Positions 20,162 to 33,354 of a stretch of 64,000 nt of DNA are shown here, piece by piece (position 1 is the first letter of the stretch; every line of letters begins with the position of its first letter). The stretch lies in contig CAXXDV010000003.1 of NCBI GenBank assembly GCA_963674745.2, positions 1,344,001 through 1,408,000 of the forward strand. Reading direction: 5' to 3'. A model generated the notes under the pieces. The model was not told where the DNA came from, made no database searches, and saw only the letters and a program-made list of their open reading frames with translations. This DNA comes from Desulfosudaceae bacterium (GTDB lineage: Bacteria; Desulfobacterota; Desulfobacteria; Desulfobacterales; Desulfosudaceae). Position numbers and translations under genes: made by a program.

Positions 20162-23100
20162 ATGAGGCTTAAACAACTTGAACTTTCAGGATTTAAGTCT
20201 TTTCCGGAGAACGCGGTCATCAATTTCCCTTCCGGAATTTTTTCCATTGTCGGCCCCAATGGCTGTGGTAAGAGCAACATTATTGACGCCCTGAAATGGG
20301 TCATGGGTGAACAGAGCGCCCTTCAGCTGCGTGGAAAATCAATGGAAGATGTGATTTTTGCCGGTACCGACGATAAAACGCCGGTAAATATGGCGGAAGT
20401 CTCGCTGACCCTTGTTAACGACAATGGATCGGCACCGGAAGAATTGAAGCATCTGTCAGAGATCATGATTACCCGCCGGATGTACCGGTCCGGTGAACGG
20501 GCTTATTATATCAACAAGCAGCCCTGCCGGTTGAAAGATATTTATAACATTTTTATGGGCAGCGGCATGGGGGCGCGCTCCTATTCGATTATCCAGCAAG
20601 GCAATATCGGCGCCATTACCGAGGCAACGCCTGAGGATCGTCGTACGTTTATTGAAGACGCGGCCGGTGTTACCCGCTACATGACCCGAAAAATAGAGAC
20701 CTTGCGAAAAATAAAGGCAACCGATCAGGACCTGCTTCGGATTAAAGATATCATGGTCGAAGTCCAGAGGCGGATGAACAGCCTTAATCGTCAGGCCAAA
20801 GCAGCACAACGATTCAAAAATTATAAGGCCGCCATTAAAGAACTGGATATTCTGATTTCGCTGAACAAATATAATGATTATCATCAGAAAATCCAGGAGA
20901 CAGGCGCCCTACTCCAGTCCCTTCGAGACACGGATAACGTTCATGCCGCTGAGATCGGGAAACTGGATGCGGCCATAGAGGCCGTTAAATACGAAAAAGC
21001 GCTCAAAGACAGGGAGATATCTTCCTTAAAAGAGAAAAAGTTCGAAGCCCAACGCGTCATTGATAAGTCCGAAAAAGATCTCGATTATCTGCGACGGGAC
21101 AATGAACGCATTCAATCTGATACGGTCAGGCTGAAAGAGGAAGAAGCGCTTTTAAGTGAAAAAAATACCCGTATGGTAACCGAGATTACCGAAGCCGAAA
21201 CGACGGAAACCCGCATCAGGGAAGAAAATCTGCGATTAAAAGATGCACTGGCGGACAGACAGGACGCGTCTGGCGAGTTACTGCAGAAAATGACCGGCCT
21301 CAAGCAGCAGTTGGACAGCCGGAAAAACGATTTGATGCGGCTTACGGCCGATGAAGCCAGATACCATAATATCTGCCAGAATGCATCTGAGGACAAAGAA
21401 GCCCTGCAAAAGCGGAAACAGGAGATCCGGACCGACCGGATTTCAGCCGCCAGGAACGCTACCCGTTTAAAAAATGAACAGGAAAAAGTTCAGGAAGAAA
21501 TTGATGCCGTTACCGGCCGAATCCATCAACTTGACGAAGAAATCACTGTTACCGGCAACCGGCTGGACGCCAAACACAAGGCCTTGTCGGACCAGATCAA
21601 GCTTGTTCAGTCCACGGATATCGAACGAAACCGGATTAAATCAAAATATACGGAAATCAAAAAGCTGGATGAGAATTTTGAATGGTACCGGGATGGGGTT
21701 AAGAGTATTATGAAACAGGCGGCCAGCGAGGAGGCTGATTCGCAAACCGGTATTCTGGGTGTAATCGCCGATATCGTCAAACCGGAACCCGGCTATGAGG
21801 CAGCTACCGAAGCCGCTCTGGGTGAATCCCTGCAATATGTCCTGATCGACAACCAACAGTCCGGGGCCCGATGGATTGAGGACCTGCGCGTCCACCATTC
21901 CGGAAGAAGCGGCTTTATACCGGTTTCTGAATTCAGCAACGGTAATGACAGTTCTCAGGCATCAGCAACGACAACCGCTGAACGTCTTATTAACCATGTT
22001 TCGACCAATCCTGAATACAATCATATTATCAATTCTTTGATCGGACATGTATTTCTGGCAGAAGATGTTCATTCGGCCCTGGAACTCTGGCATACGCCAA
22101 ACGGTCCGGTTAAAAAGACCATTGTCACCCCCGAAGGTGACCTTGTTTCGTCTTTGGGGATCATTGTCGGTGGAAGCAAAGACAGAATGGACGGTATCCT
22201 GTCTAAAAAGCAGGAGATAGAAGATCTGGCCGGGCAGATGGACGACCTTAAGGTGGTACTTGAAAAAGCCCGGAAAACGCAATCGGAAATCGAAACGGAT
22301 GTCAGGGAGATTGAAGAAGACCTGCAGAAGTTAAAAAACGACAGAAACCATGCTGCCGCCCGTAAGATTGATCTTGAAAAAGATCTTTACAGAATTTCTT
22401 CGGATCTTGATGCGGCCGGTCAGCGTCTGGAAATCCTGGAACTTGAAGAGCAGCAGCTGGATGGTGAAGAAACAGACCTGGATGATGAGATCAATAAATT
22501 TAACCAGGCGCTGGCGACAATCCGGCAGCGGATCGGGGAAGCAGAAGCACAGATTGCACAATTCAACGAATCACTGGGCAATGTGTCCGAAGAATATGAA
22601 GCGTTTAACGAAACAACCATGGAGTTAAAGCTGAAGTTATCCGGTTCTGAAGCTGAACTGGAAAGTAACCGTAAGACAATGGAAAGGCTTCAGGCGTTTC
22701 AACGTGATACCGTGCAACGCCGGGAACAGATTGTTTCCGATATCGCCGTCAAACAGGAAAAGATTGAGGCCATAAAACTATCCATAACCCAGTACGAGAG
22801 CAATCTGTCTTCATCTTATGACAGTCTCAAGCAATTGGAAGAGAAGCTGGCAGAGTACGAAACAGTTTATAATGATATCTCTGAAAAAATATCGGAAACC
22901 GATCGCAAGTTTTCCGATATTCGCAGCCAGCGTGAAAAAAACGCGGAAAAGATCCGCTTTTTGGAAAGAGAGCAGTCAGACCGGTCGGTTAAGCAGGAAA
23001 GCATTGTTCATAAGCTCGAAGATCTTTATCACTCCCCGTTTCAAACCATCAGGCGGGATTATGATCAGCAGCTGTTGGAGACAGACAAGTCCATGGCCGA

Positions 23101-23776
23101 TATGGAGACCGAATTGACCGAGTTGCGGGAAAAACTGTCCCGAATCGGAGATGTCAACCTGGGGGCGATAAGTGAGTTTGAAGAGCAGAAGGAGCGGCTT
23201 GAATTCCTGACCGCTCAGCATGACGACCTGGTCGCGGCGATAGACGACCTTCATGAGGTTATCAAAAAGATCAATCGTGTTTCACAGCAGCTCTTTTTAG
23301 ACACCTTTCATTCTATTAACCAGAAGATGAATGAAGTCTTCCCCCGCCTGTTTGACGGCGGTTCCGCCGAAATGGTGTTGTCCGAACCCAATAAGCCCCT
23401 TGAAAGCGGCGTGGAGCTGATGATTCGATTGCCCGGCAAAAAGGTGTCCCGCCTGTCGCTTTTGTCCGGTGGCGAAAAAGCCCTTTCGGCGATAGCGTTT
23501 ATTTTTTCCATATTTCTCTTAAAACCTACATCATTCTGCCTGATGGATGAAATCGACGCGCCCCTTGACGAAGCCAATGTTTACCGTTTTAATGAATTAT
23601 TGAAAATCATCGGGGAAAAATCCCAGATTATTATGATAACGCACAACAAAAAAACCATGGAGTTCGCCGATCAATTGCTCGGGGTCACCATGGAGAAAAA
23701 AGGTGTTTCCAAAATCGTGTCGGTCGATCTTGCCAATGGCAATGGCCGTAAACCGCAACTGGCGATGGTTAATTAA
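20162..23776 (+). CDS. smc: Chromosome segregation protein SMC
   Basis: GFKSF, GPNGCGKSN, long coiled coils with hinge, LSGGEK, DEIDAPLD. Confidence 0.97.
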   Translation: MRLKQLELSGFKSFPENAVINFPSGIFSIVGPNGCGKSNIIDALKWVMGEQSALQLRGKSMEDVIFAGTDDKTPVNMAEVSLTLVNDNGSAPEELKHLSEIMITRRMYRSGERAYYINKQPCRLKDIYNIFMGSGMGARSYSIIQQGNIGAITEATPEDRRTFIEDAAGVTRYMTRKIETLRKIKATDQDLLRIKDIMVEVQRRMNSLNRQAKAAQRFKNYKAAIKELDILISLNKYNDYHQKIQETGALLQSLRDTDNVHAAEIGKLDAAIEAVKYEKALKDREISSLKEKKFEAQRVIDKSEKDLDYLRRDNERIQSDTVRLKEEEALLSEKNTRMVTEITEAETTETRIREENLRLKDALADRQDASGELLQKMTGLKQQLDSRKNDLMRLTADEARYHNICQNASEDKEALQKRKQEIRTDRISAARNATRLKNEQEKVQEEIDAVTGRIHQLDEEITVTGNRLDAKHKALSDQIKLVQSTDIERNRIKSKYTEIKKLDENFEWYRDGVKSIMKQAASEEADSQTGILGVIADIVKPEPGYEAATEAALGESLQYVLIDNQQSGARWIEDLRVHHSGRSGFIPVSEFSNGNDSSQASATTTAERLINHVSTNPEYNHIINSLIGHVFLAEDVHSALELWHTPNGPVKKTIVTPEGDLVSSLGIIVGGSKDRMDGILSKKQEIEDLAGQMDDLKVVLEKARKTQSEIETDVREIEEDLQKLKNDRNHAAARKIDLEKDLYRISSDLDAAGQRLEILELEEQQLDGEETDLDDEINKFNQALATIRQRIGEAEAQIAQFNESLGNVSEEYEAFNETTMELKLKLSGSEAELESNRKTMERLQAFQRDTVQRREQIVSDIAVKQEKIEAIKLSITQYESNLSSSYDSLKQLEEKLAEYETVYNDISEKISETDRKFSDIRSQREKNAEKIRFLEREQSDRSVKQESIVHKLEDLYHSPFQTIRRDYDQQLLETDKSMADMETELTELREKLSRIGDVNLGAISEFEEQKERLEFLTAQHDDLVAAIDDLHEVIKKINRVSQQLFLDTFHSINQKMNEVFPRLFDGGSAEMVLSEPNKPLESGVELMIRLPGKKVSRLSLLSGGEKALSAIAFIFSIFLLKPTSFCLMDEIDAPLDEANVYRFNELLKIIGEKSQIIMITHNKKTMEFADQLLGVTMEKKGVSKIVSVDLANGNGRKPQLAMVN

Positions 23777-23803
23777 ATCAAATTCTCGAGTTCATCAAAT
23801 ATT

Positions 23804-24895
23804 ATGGCTTTTAATATATTCAAAAAAAAATCCAAACAGCCCAAAGAAACGTCAGCAGAAGCCGGCAAAGAAGACGATGTTTCGTTGATACCGGATCGTC
23901 CGGAAGAGCCAACCGAAGAGGCCGAAACAGAAACACCGGATATGCCCCTCCCTGAAACGCCTTCTTCTGATCCACCACCCTCTTCCACCCCGGGTTTTTA
24001 CCAGCGCCTGAGAAACGGGCTTACCAAAACCCGTAAACTGTTGACGACGGATATCGATGAACTTTTCAGTTCCGGAAAACAACTTTCCCCGGACGATCTT
24101 GATGAACTGGAAGAACGCCTTATCACTGCGGATATCGGTGTTAAAACCGCTATGGAAATAATGGATCGTCTTTCCAGTACCAAGATAACCGATGCCGACC
24201 ATCTTCGAACCAGTCTTAAGGACATCTTTCTGTCATACCTGGAGACAGAAAGAGAACCGGTGGTCGAAGATCCGGATCTGGTTAGCGGTCCCCGGATAAT
24301 TCTTGTCGTCGGTGTAAACGGTGTCGGCAAAACAACGACCATCGGGAAACTTGCCGCCAGATATGTCCGGGACGGGAAAAAGGTTATGCTGGTGGCAGCC
24401 GATACTTTTCGGGCCGCCGCAATGGAGCAGCTGGAGATCTGGGCTCAAAGAACGGGTGCCGATTTTATCAAGCACCGTGAAAACGCCGATCCGGCCGCGG
24501 TTGTTTTTGACGGGATTGAAGCCGCGCGTGCGCGGGGTATTGATATTGTTTTGATTGACACCGCCGGTCGTTTACACACCAAGGTCAACCTCATGGAAGA
24601 GTTGAAAAAAGTAAAACGAACGATAACCAAAAAAAATTCCGACGCACCGCATGAGGTGCTACTGGTACTGGATGCGACTACCGGCCAGAATGCCTTATCC
24701 CAGGCGGAAATGTTCGTTCAGGCCACCGGTGTCACAGCAATTGCCTTGACCAAGCTGGATGGTACAGCCAAAGGCGGTATCGTGGTCAATCTCTGTCATA
24801 CCTTTAATGTTCCGCTGCGGTATATCGGCGTCGGGGAACAGATCACGGATTTGCAGCCTTTTGAACCGGAAGAATTTATCGACGCATTGTTTTAG
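23804..24895 (+). CDS. ftsY: SRP receptor FtsY
   Basis: Acidic N-terminus, GVNGVGKTTT, DTFRAAA, DTAGR, TKLDGTAKGG. Confidence 0.97.
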   Translation: MAFNIFKKKSKQPKETSAEAGKEDDVSLIPDRPEEPTEEAETETPDMPLPETPSSDPPPSSTPGFYQRLRNGLTKTRKLLTTDIDELFSSGKQLSPDDLDELEERLITADIGVKTAMEIMDRLSSTKITDADHLRTSLKDIFLSYLETEREPVVEDPDLVSGPRIILVVGVNGVGKTTTIGKLAARYVRDGKKVMLVAADTFRAAAMEQLEIWAQRTGADFIKHRENADPAAVVFDGIEAARARGIDIVLIDTAGRLHTKVNLMEELKKVKRTITKKNSDAPHEVLLVLDATTGQNALSQAEMFVQATGVTAIALTKLDGTAKGGIVVNLCHTFNVPLRYIGVGEQITDLQPFEPEEFIDALF

Positions 24896-25190
24896 TCATT
24901 TCACGCCAGCCCCTGCCCGTGGTCGCGATATGGCCATCTTACCTTTTTTGAAAACGTTCTCCAATCTCTGTAACCCCTTACTGATTAAGGGCTTACAAAA
25001 AAAATCGCATTCTCAATGATATGTAGTCGACATAGGCGAATCGCCTGAAACGCATGATACAAGGGGGATTATAAAGAAAAAAAAACGCGATACATTGAAA
25101 AATCTATTGACATTAAGGTTTAGTGCGTGCAAAGTTTCATGGTAAGAGCCTTTCTAAAGAACTGTTAACACTAATTTGGGGGAAATCGCT

Positions 25191-25463
25191 ATGACAAAAT
25201 CTGAATTAATTGACAAGATGGCAAAAGATGCCGGTATTTCCAAAGTAGCTGCCGGCGCGGCTTTAAACTCATTTATGGACGGCGTGACCAAAGCCCTTAA
25301 GAAAAAGGACGGGAAAGTGACGTTGGTCGGTTTCGGTACTTTCTCTAAAGTTCACCGCAAAGGCCGTAAAGGCCGCAATCCTCAGACCGGTGCGGCGATC
25401 AAAATTAAGGCACGCAATGTCGTAAAGTTCAAGGCCGGTAAAAAATTATCTGACGCCGTTTAA
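25191..25463 (+). CDS. hup: DNA-binding protein HU
   Basis: MTKSELI..., VGFGTF, GRNPQTG, KFKAGK. Confidence 0.95.
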   Translation: MTKSELIDKMAKDAGISKVAAGAALNSFMDGVTKALKKKDGKVTLVGFGTFSKVHRKGRKGRNPQTGAAIKIKARNVVKFKAGKKLSDAV

Positions 25464-25493
25464 CAGCCCTGCAGGTTTTGTTGTACCAGTTTT

Positions 25494-25542
25494 AAAAGCG
25501 ACGGTTTATTGCCTTTTCAAGCAGTAAACCGTCGCTTTTTTT
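25494..25542 (+). terminator. Rho-independent terminator after hup
   Basis: AAAAGCGACGGTTTATTGC...GCAGTAAACCGTCGCTTTTTTT. Confidence 0.85.
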
Positions 25543-25609
25543 GTTTAGTGGTTTAACCTTTCGGGTTCATTTCCCGAATTTTCAGCCAGGTTGAATGGAA
25601 ATGATTTTT

Positions 25610-25891
25610 TTAATACCGGACATTGAACCCATCACACCCCTCGGTTGAAGACTGTTCCGATGCCTTGACCTGTTCCACTCTGGCTGACGGAGGTCCTTGA
25701 CGACACCACTCAAGAACATCTTCAACGCGTGGCCGTTCACCTTCAAAAACCGCTTCCACACTGCCATCCGGCAGGTTTCTGACCCAGCCGCTAACACTGC
25801 AGGCATCCGCCTTTCTTTTGGTTTCCATGCGGAAAAACACCCCTTGGACGCGACCGGAAATAATGGCATGAACGCAAATATGATCTGACAT
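25610..25891 (-). CDS. acyP: Acylphosphatase
   Basis: GRVQGVFFR, GWVRNLPDGSVE. Confidence 0.95.
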   Translation of the reverse strand: MSDHICVHAIISGRVQGVFFRMETKRKADACSVSGWVRNLPDGSVEAVFEGERPRVEDVLEWCRQGPPSARVEQVKASEQSSTEGCDGFNVRY

Positions 25892-25909
25892 CGCACCCTC
25901 CCCTCTTTA

Positions 25910-28156
<2,247 letters not shown>

Positions 28157-28161
28157 TCATA

Positions 28162-28416
28162 TTATTCAGGACCGGCCAGGTCAGATAGTTTATCCTTAAC
28201 TTCATCAATTATATCATAAAACCACAATATGTCTTCAATGGTCAGTCGTCCGGCCTTTGTGGGTGCCCGATCACTGCCGTCTTTTTTCTTCAGCAGTCTT
28301 GGCCCGATCTGTACCTTGGGCTGGCCATTGGCATATTGATTGATGGTAACAATCAGGCCGGTTTCTTCGCATTTCCATTGTTCCAGTACCTTGTCTTTCT
28401 CAGGATCAAAGGGCAT
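28162..28416 (-). CDS. Small conserved hypothetical protein (possibly PC4-like)
   Basis: 84 aa; AAGGAG RBS; QYANGQPKVQIGPR..KAGRLT. Confidence 0.7.
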   Translation of the reverse strand: MPFDPEKDKVLEQWKCEETGLIVTINQYANGQPKVQIGPRLLKKKDGSDRAPTKAGRLTIEDILWFYDIIDEVKDKLSDLAGPE

Positions 28417-28484
28417 TTTCTCTCCTTATTTTAAGTCAAAAGTTAAACGATTCAACATCTCAACAACGAAACAGCTAAACGATA

Positions 28485-30581
28485 TCATTTCGTTTCCGTG
28501 GCAATGGCTGAAAAATCGGCAAATCCGGAAAAAAGTGATGAGATATTCAACAGCAGCGCCAGGCGATTGGCACGCAAAGCCGGGTCTTTATCCATGACAA
28601 GAACATCATCAAAAAAAGCGTCGACCGCCTGCCGTATGGCGGCAATTTCCACCAGGGCCTGTTCATACCTGCCCTGGCTCATTGTTTCCGCCACCCGGTC
28701 GGACGCATCCTGATACGTGGTGTACAAATGGTTTTCACTGGGATGTTGAAACAGCGCTTTATCCACCGGCCCGACATCGTCCATATTCGTTTTTTTAATA
28801 ATGTTGGCCACCCGTTTGAAAGCTACTGCCAGCGGCTCGAAATCAGGCCTGGATTTCATGGCAGCCAGAGCCCCTGCCCGGCGCCAAATATCCGGAATAT
28901 TATCCGCCGAAGCATTCAGCACGGCATTAACGACATCTTTTGGTACACCCTCATCAATCAAAAGCTGAGCAATTCTGCCCTGAAAAAAACCGACCACGGC
29001 GTCGGCGGCTTCTTCCAGGTCATTTTCCGCCAGAGCCGCATAAGGCTGTAACGCTTTTGTAACCAGCTCTTTTAAAGACAGGTTCAGGTTTCTGGCCAGC
29101 AGGATCTGGATGATGCCGATGCCCTGCCGCCTGAGTGCATAGGGGTCCGAGGCACCGCTGGGAATCAGACCGATGGCGAAACACCCGCAAATGGAATCGA
29201 TTTTATCAACAACGGCCAGCAAGGCGCCGCATAATGACTCAGGAAGGGAGGCGCCCGAAAAGGCCGGCTGATAATGTTCTTCAACCGCCCGTGACACAGT
29301 CGGTTTTTCACCATTGGCCAGCGCATATATTCTGCCCATGGTGCCCTGAAGCTTGGGAAATTCGATCACCATATGGGTCACCAGGTCGGCCTTGCAGAGC
29401 TGAGCGGCTCGTGAAAGATCGGCCGTAAGCCCGGCATCGTCCATATTCAGCATCCGGGTCAAATTCAAGGCCAGCGCCATCAACCTTTCCGTCTTTTCGT
29501 AGACAGATCCCAGCCTGGCCTGAAACAGCACCCGCCTCAGGCTGTCGATTCGATCGTCAAGGGAGATTTTAATATCGTTTTCATAAAAGAACATGGCGTC
29601 TTCCAGACGTGCGCGTAGAACCCGCTCATGGCCTTTTGTCACCTGCGACATATCAGAAGCACGGTTATTGTTGATAACGATAAAATGAGGCAGCAACCGG
29701 TCGCCATTGCCGCCCATGGCAAAATATTTCTGGTGTGATCGCATGGCGGTTATCAGGACCTCATCGGGAAGGGCCAGATATCTCTCCTCGAACCGTCCGG
29801 CGGCAGCTACGGGAAGCTCCACCATATTGGTGACCATGTCTATCAGGTCTTCATCAGGAAGAACCTGCCCTCCCAGGGAAGCGGATATCCGGCTGATTTC
29901 ATCGACCACCATTTGCCGGCGGGTTTTTATGTCGACAATAACATTTGCTTCGCGAAGGGCGTCTCTGTAGGCGTCGGGGTGATCGATCTTTATCCGGCCC
30001 GGGCTTAAAAACGGGTGACCCGAAGTATATTTATTGCTGGTGATGCCGGCCCAGGAAAACCTCACAATCTGTGCACCGAAGAGTGCCACAAGCGAGTGGA
30101 CCGGCCTGGCAAACAGTTCTTTGTGTTCCCCCCACTTCATGTTTTTTGGAAAAGTTATGGCGGAAAGCAGCCCGGGGAGTATTTCTTTCAATACGGCTGC
30201 CGTCTTCCGGCCTTTTTCGACCCGTTTGGCAACCAGGTATTCACCCTTATCCGTAGTGATGGTTTTCAGCGATGTGATTGGAACACCGGCTTTTTCAGCA
30301 AATTTACGGGCCGGCACCGTAAAGTTGCCATCAGCATCAATGGCCACCTTGACCGGCGGGCCGGTCATCGTTTCGGAAACATCGGCCTGCTTGGAAGCCA
30401 CGTCACTGACGATAACGGCCAGCCGCCGGGGCGTCCCGAAAGTCTCCATCATACCATGCCGGACACGCGCGGCGGTAAGCTTTTCCGTCAGTGATGCTTT
30501 CAGTGCGTCCAGTGCGGGTTCGATATACCCCGCGGGTAATTCTTCGGTGCCGATTTCAAACAGCAGGGTTTCAGACGTCAT
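28485..30581 (-). CDS. glyS: Glycine--tRNA ligase beta subunit
   Basis: LFEIGTEELP, TPRRL, RARLEDA.FF, EFPKLQG, SDPYALRR. Confidence 0.97.
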   Translation of the reverse strand: MTSETLLFEIGTEELPAGYIEPALDALKASLTEKLTAARVRHGMMETFGTPRRLAVIVSDVASKQADVSETMTGPPVKVAIDADGNFTVPARKFAEKAGVPITSLKTITTDKGEYLVAKRVEKGRKTAAVLKEILPGLLSAITFPKNMKWGEHKELFARPVHSLVALFGAQIVRFSWAGITSNKYTSGHPFLSPGRIKIDHPDAYRDALREANVIVDIKTRRQMVVDEISRISASLGGQVLPDEDLIDMVTNMVELPVAAAGRFEERYLALPDEVLITAMRSHQKYFAMGGNGDRLLPHFIVINNNRASDMSQVTKGHERVLRARLEDAMFFYENDIKISLDDRIDSLRRVLFQARLGSVYEKTERLMALALNLTRMLNMDDAGLTADLSRAAQLCKADLVTHMVIEFPKLQGTMGRIYALANGEKPTVSRAVEEHYQPAFSGASLPESLCGALLAVVDKIDSICGCFAIGLIPSGASDPYALRRQGIGIIQILLARNLNLSLKELVTKALQPYAALAENDLEEAADAVVGFFQGRIAQLLIDEGVPKDVVNAVLNASADNIPDIWRRAGALAAMKSRPDFEPLAVAFKRVANIIKKTNMDDVGPVDKALFQHPSENHLYTTYQDASDRVAETMSQGRYEQALVEIAAIRQAVDAFFDDVLVMDKDPALRANRLALLLNISSLFSGFADFSAIATETK

Positions 30582-30598
30582 TTTTCAATATTACCTTA

Positions 30599-31471
30599 TT
30601 ATTTTTTAAGTAAAGGGAAACCCATGGATTCTCTCTGTTCCAGGTACTGGCGGGCACATTTTCGGGCAATATCCCTGATTCTTTTAATGTACCCTGTTCT
30701 TTCAGTAACACTGATGGCCCCTCGTGCGTCAAGCAGGTTGAAGGTATGGGAACATTTCAGGCATAATTCATAAGCCGGCAGTACCAGCGAATGCGCCAGG
30801 ACACGATAGGCTTCCTGTTCGTATTTTTCAAAGAAAAGCAGGAGGCTGTCGACATCGGCATGCTCGAAATTATATCCGGACTGTTCCACTTCCTGCTGGA
30901 AATGCAGATCACCATAGGTGATACCGTCATCGGTCCATTGCAGATCATACACATTGTCTACCTGCTGCATGTACATGGCGATGCGTTCCAACCCATAAGT
31001 CAATTCAACGGATATGGGTGACAGTTCGATACTGCCGGCCGTCTGAAAATAGGTGAACTGGGTTACTTCCATACCGTCCAACCAGACTTCCCAGCCCAGA
31101 CCGGAGGCACCGAGTGTCGGAGACTCCCAGTCATCTTCTACAAAACGGATATCGTGATCTTCCGGTTTGATTCCCAGGGCGGCCAGGCTTTTGATATAAA
31201 GATTCTGGACATCCGGTGGTGAGGGTTTCATCAGAACCTGAAACTGGTAATAATGTTGCAGGCGGTTGGGATTTTCACCATAACGCCCATCGGTCGGGCG
31301 CCTGGACGGCTGGACATAAGCGACTTTCCACGGCTCGGGCCCGATGGCTTTCAGGAGCGTTTCCGGATGAAACGTTCCGGCACCGACTTCCAGATCATAT
31401 GGTTGAACCAGGACGCACCCTTTTTTTATCCAGAATTTTTGCAACGTCAGGATGATATCTTGAAAATTCAT
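30599..31471 (-). CDS. glyQ: Glycine--tRNA ligase alpha subunit
   Basis: [32 protein letters not shown]. Confidence 0.98.
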   Translation of the reverse strand: MNFQDIILTLQKFWIKKGCVLVQPYDLEVGAGTFHPETLLKAIGPEPWKVAYVQPSRRPTDGRYGENPNRLQHYYQFQVLMKPSPPDVQNLYIKSLAALGIKPEDHDIRFVEDDWESPTLGASGLGWEVWLDGMEVTQFTYFQTAGSIELSPISVELTYGLERIAMYMQQVDNVYDLQWTDDGITYGDLHFQQEVEQSGYNFEHADVDSLLLFFEKYEQEAYRVLAHSLVLPAYELCLKCSHTFNLLDARGAISVTERTGYIKRIRDIARKCARQYLEQRESMGFPLLKK

Positions 31472-31496
31472 TCACAACCCCAAATCGAATACACCG

Positions 31497-32564
31497 TTAA
31501 TCTGTTAACGAAATGCCGTCAGGCGCTATAAGCCCCTTTGTATCAATTCGCGTCTCCAGCAGGCAGGCATCATCCCGATTTTCCAGAAGCGTTTTCCACC
31601 TGCCTTTAAGGCGCGTGATATTTTCCGGTTTTCCTATGGCCCAGACGCATCCGCCACCACCGGCACCGGTGAACCTGACGCCACAGTTTATCTCTTTTGC
31701 TGCGGTCGCCAGACTCTCTCCCATATCATCAAAAACATCCGGTGTCATCTGTTTTCTGCAAGTACTGTCGCGGTTCATGGACACGATCGCTTCGTCGATT
31801 TTACCGGCTTTCAGGGCTTCGATAAAAGACCGGGCGCAGTCGATAATATCCTTCCACAGGTCGCGATCCTCAGCGCCGATAAAATGGCTCATCCATCGGC
31901 TGTTGATGTCCCTTGATTCATGAGGGATACCACAGTAAGCGACCGCAAACCGGTCGTTAAAGTCCTGACACTGTACGCCATCGAAAACAACGGTCCGCGT
32001 AAAGTCCGGATGACCGACGGATGAATGCCAGTACCAGGCATTGGCGCCGCCATAAACCGCGGCCAGCTGGTCTTGAAGGCCGCAGGGAATCCGGGCCACG
32101 GCTTCTTCTATGGCATGGGCGACGAGCGCGATTTGTTTGCGTGAAAGGGCATCTTTCGGGTTAATCGAAGCCAGGGCGCAGACAAGGGCCACGGCAGCTG
32201 CTGATGATCCGCCCAGAGCGCTTTTTGGCGGAGAAGTCGAATTGATGGTAATATGCAGGCCGGATACATTAAAATAGTCGGCAATGGCAAACATCAGACC
32301 GAGTGGATGTTGATACGGTGCCGCACCGGAAGAAAATTCGACGCTTTCAAATCCCCGGGAAGAAATTTTAACCACCCCTTCGGTATAAGGCAAAAGGGTT
32401 ACTTCCGTACGGAGATCAATGGCCAGGTTAAAGGTCGCCGGCAACAGATTCTGCATGGGCAGGTAAATCGTTTTAATGTCCAAGGTTCCCCCCATATCGA
32501 CACGGCATGGCGCGGATGTCGTCAGCGGGGATTTTTCAAGATACTTTTTTATATTTTGTGACAT
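31497..32564 (-). CDS. GHMP-family sugar kinase (HddA/galactokinase-like)
   Basis: APCRVDMGG, PPKSALGGSSA, GLQDQ, GAGGGG. Confidence 0.85.
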   Translation of the reverse strand: MSQNIKKYLEKSPLTTSAPCRVDMGGTLDIKTIYLPMQNLLPATFNLAIDLRTEVTLLPYTEGVVKISSRGFESVEFSSGAAPYQHPLGLMFAIADYFNVSGLHITINSTSPPKSALGGSSAAAVALVCALASINPKDALSRKQIALVAHAIEEAVARIPCGLQDQLAAVYGGANAWYWHSSVGHPDFTRTVVFDGVQCQDFNDRFAVAYCGIPHESRDINSRWMSHFIGAEDRDLWKDIIDCARSFIEALKAGKIDEAIVSMNRDSTCRKQMTPDVFDDMGESLATAAKEINCGVRFTGAGGGGCVWAIGKPENITRLKGRWKTLLENRDDACLLETRIDTKGLIAPDGISLTD

Positions 32565-33351
32565 TGTCTTTCTGTCTCCATTCTCTCAGACTACGCAGGA
32601 CCTTAAGGCTTTTAATGTCCGTAGAAAGATGAAAGGGCACAAACAATTCCATGGCAGCCAGACCTTCCCGTTTGGCAGCGGGCGTAAGCTGGATTCTCCC
32701 GGCTTTCTGGAGGTTGCCCTCTTTTAACCACAACAGCTGTTTTATGGCTCCTTTGGAAATCATCACGTACCGGGTCACCCGGGCGGAAGAAAAGCATGTA
32801 CCGCAGACCAGCCCGCCCATGGCAATATCAAACGCCATCTGCGCTTCGGCCAGATCTTCCAACGGTTTATGGCAGACCCGGCAACCGGTCAACCCGGGCG
32901 ACATCCCCGCCAGGCTCATAAAGCGGATCTGGAACAAAAGGCTGATGGTCTCTCTGGTCGCCATATCCTTGTCCAGCATGGTCAGGGCGTGAAAAAAAAG
33001 AGCGAACAGATTATTCTGAAAGCCGCCACTGACGACCCAGCGATTGATCATTTCCGACCAGTAGCTGGCGTAGGCAATTTTTTCAGCGTCGTTTCTCATG
33101 CCGGCAAAAGGATGCGTTAAAACGACTTCTTTTAGCAACAGCAGGTTTCCCCGGCCGTTTTTAGGAACCGCAAAATTGGCGTCCAGGCAGGAAAACGGTT
33201 CTAAAACACCGGCAAAACGTTTTTTGCTTTTTTTGGCGTTTTTAGCGATGGCGGAAATTTTTCCGTGATCCCGGGTCAGAAAATCAATGATGTAATCATA
33301 TTCGGAAAAATCCATCCGCCTGAGTATAATTGAAGCTGTAGCCAGGGACAT
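32536..33351 (-). CDS. recO: DNA repair protein RecO
   Basis: OB-fold N-terminus (LTRDHGKI..IAK.AKKSKKRF) and CxxC...CxxC zinc finger. Confidence 0.92.
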   Translation of the reverse strand: MSLATASIILRRMDFSEYDYIIDFLTRDHGKISAIAKNAKKSKKRFAGVLEPFSCLDANFAVPKNGRGNLLLLKEVVLTHPFAGMRNDAEKIAYASYWSEMINRWVVSGGFQNNLFALFFHALTMLDKDMATRETISLLFQIRFMSLAGMSPGLTGCRVCHKPLEDLAEAQMAFDIAMGGLVCGTCFSSARVTRYVMISKGAIKQLLWLKEGNLQKAGRIQLTPAAKREGLAAMELFVPFHLSTDIKSLKVLRSLREWRQKDNVTKYKKVS

Positions 33352-33354
33352 AAA

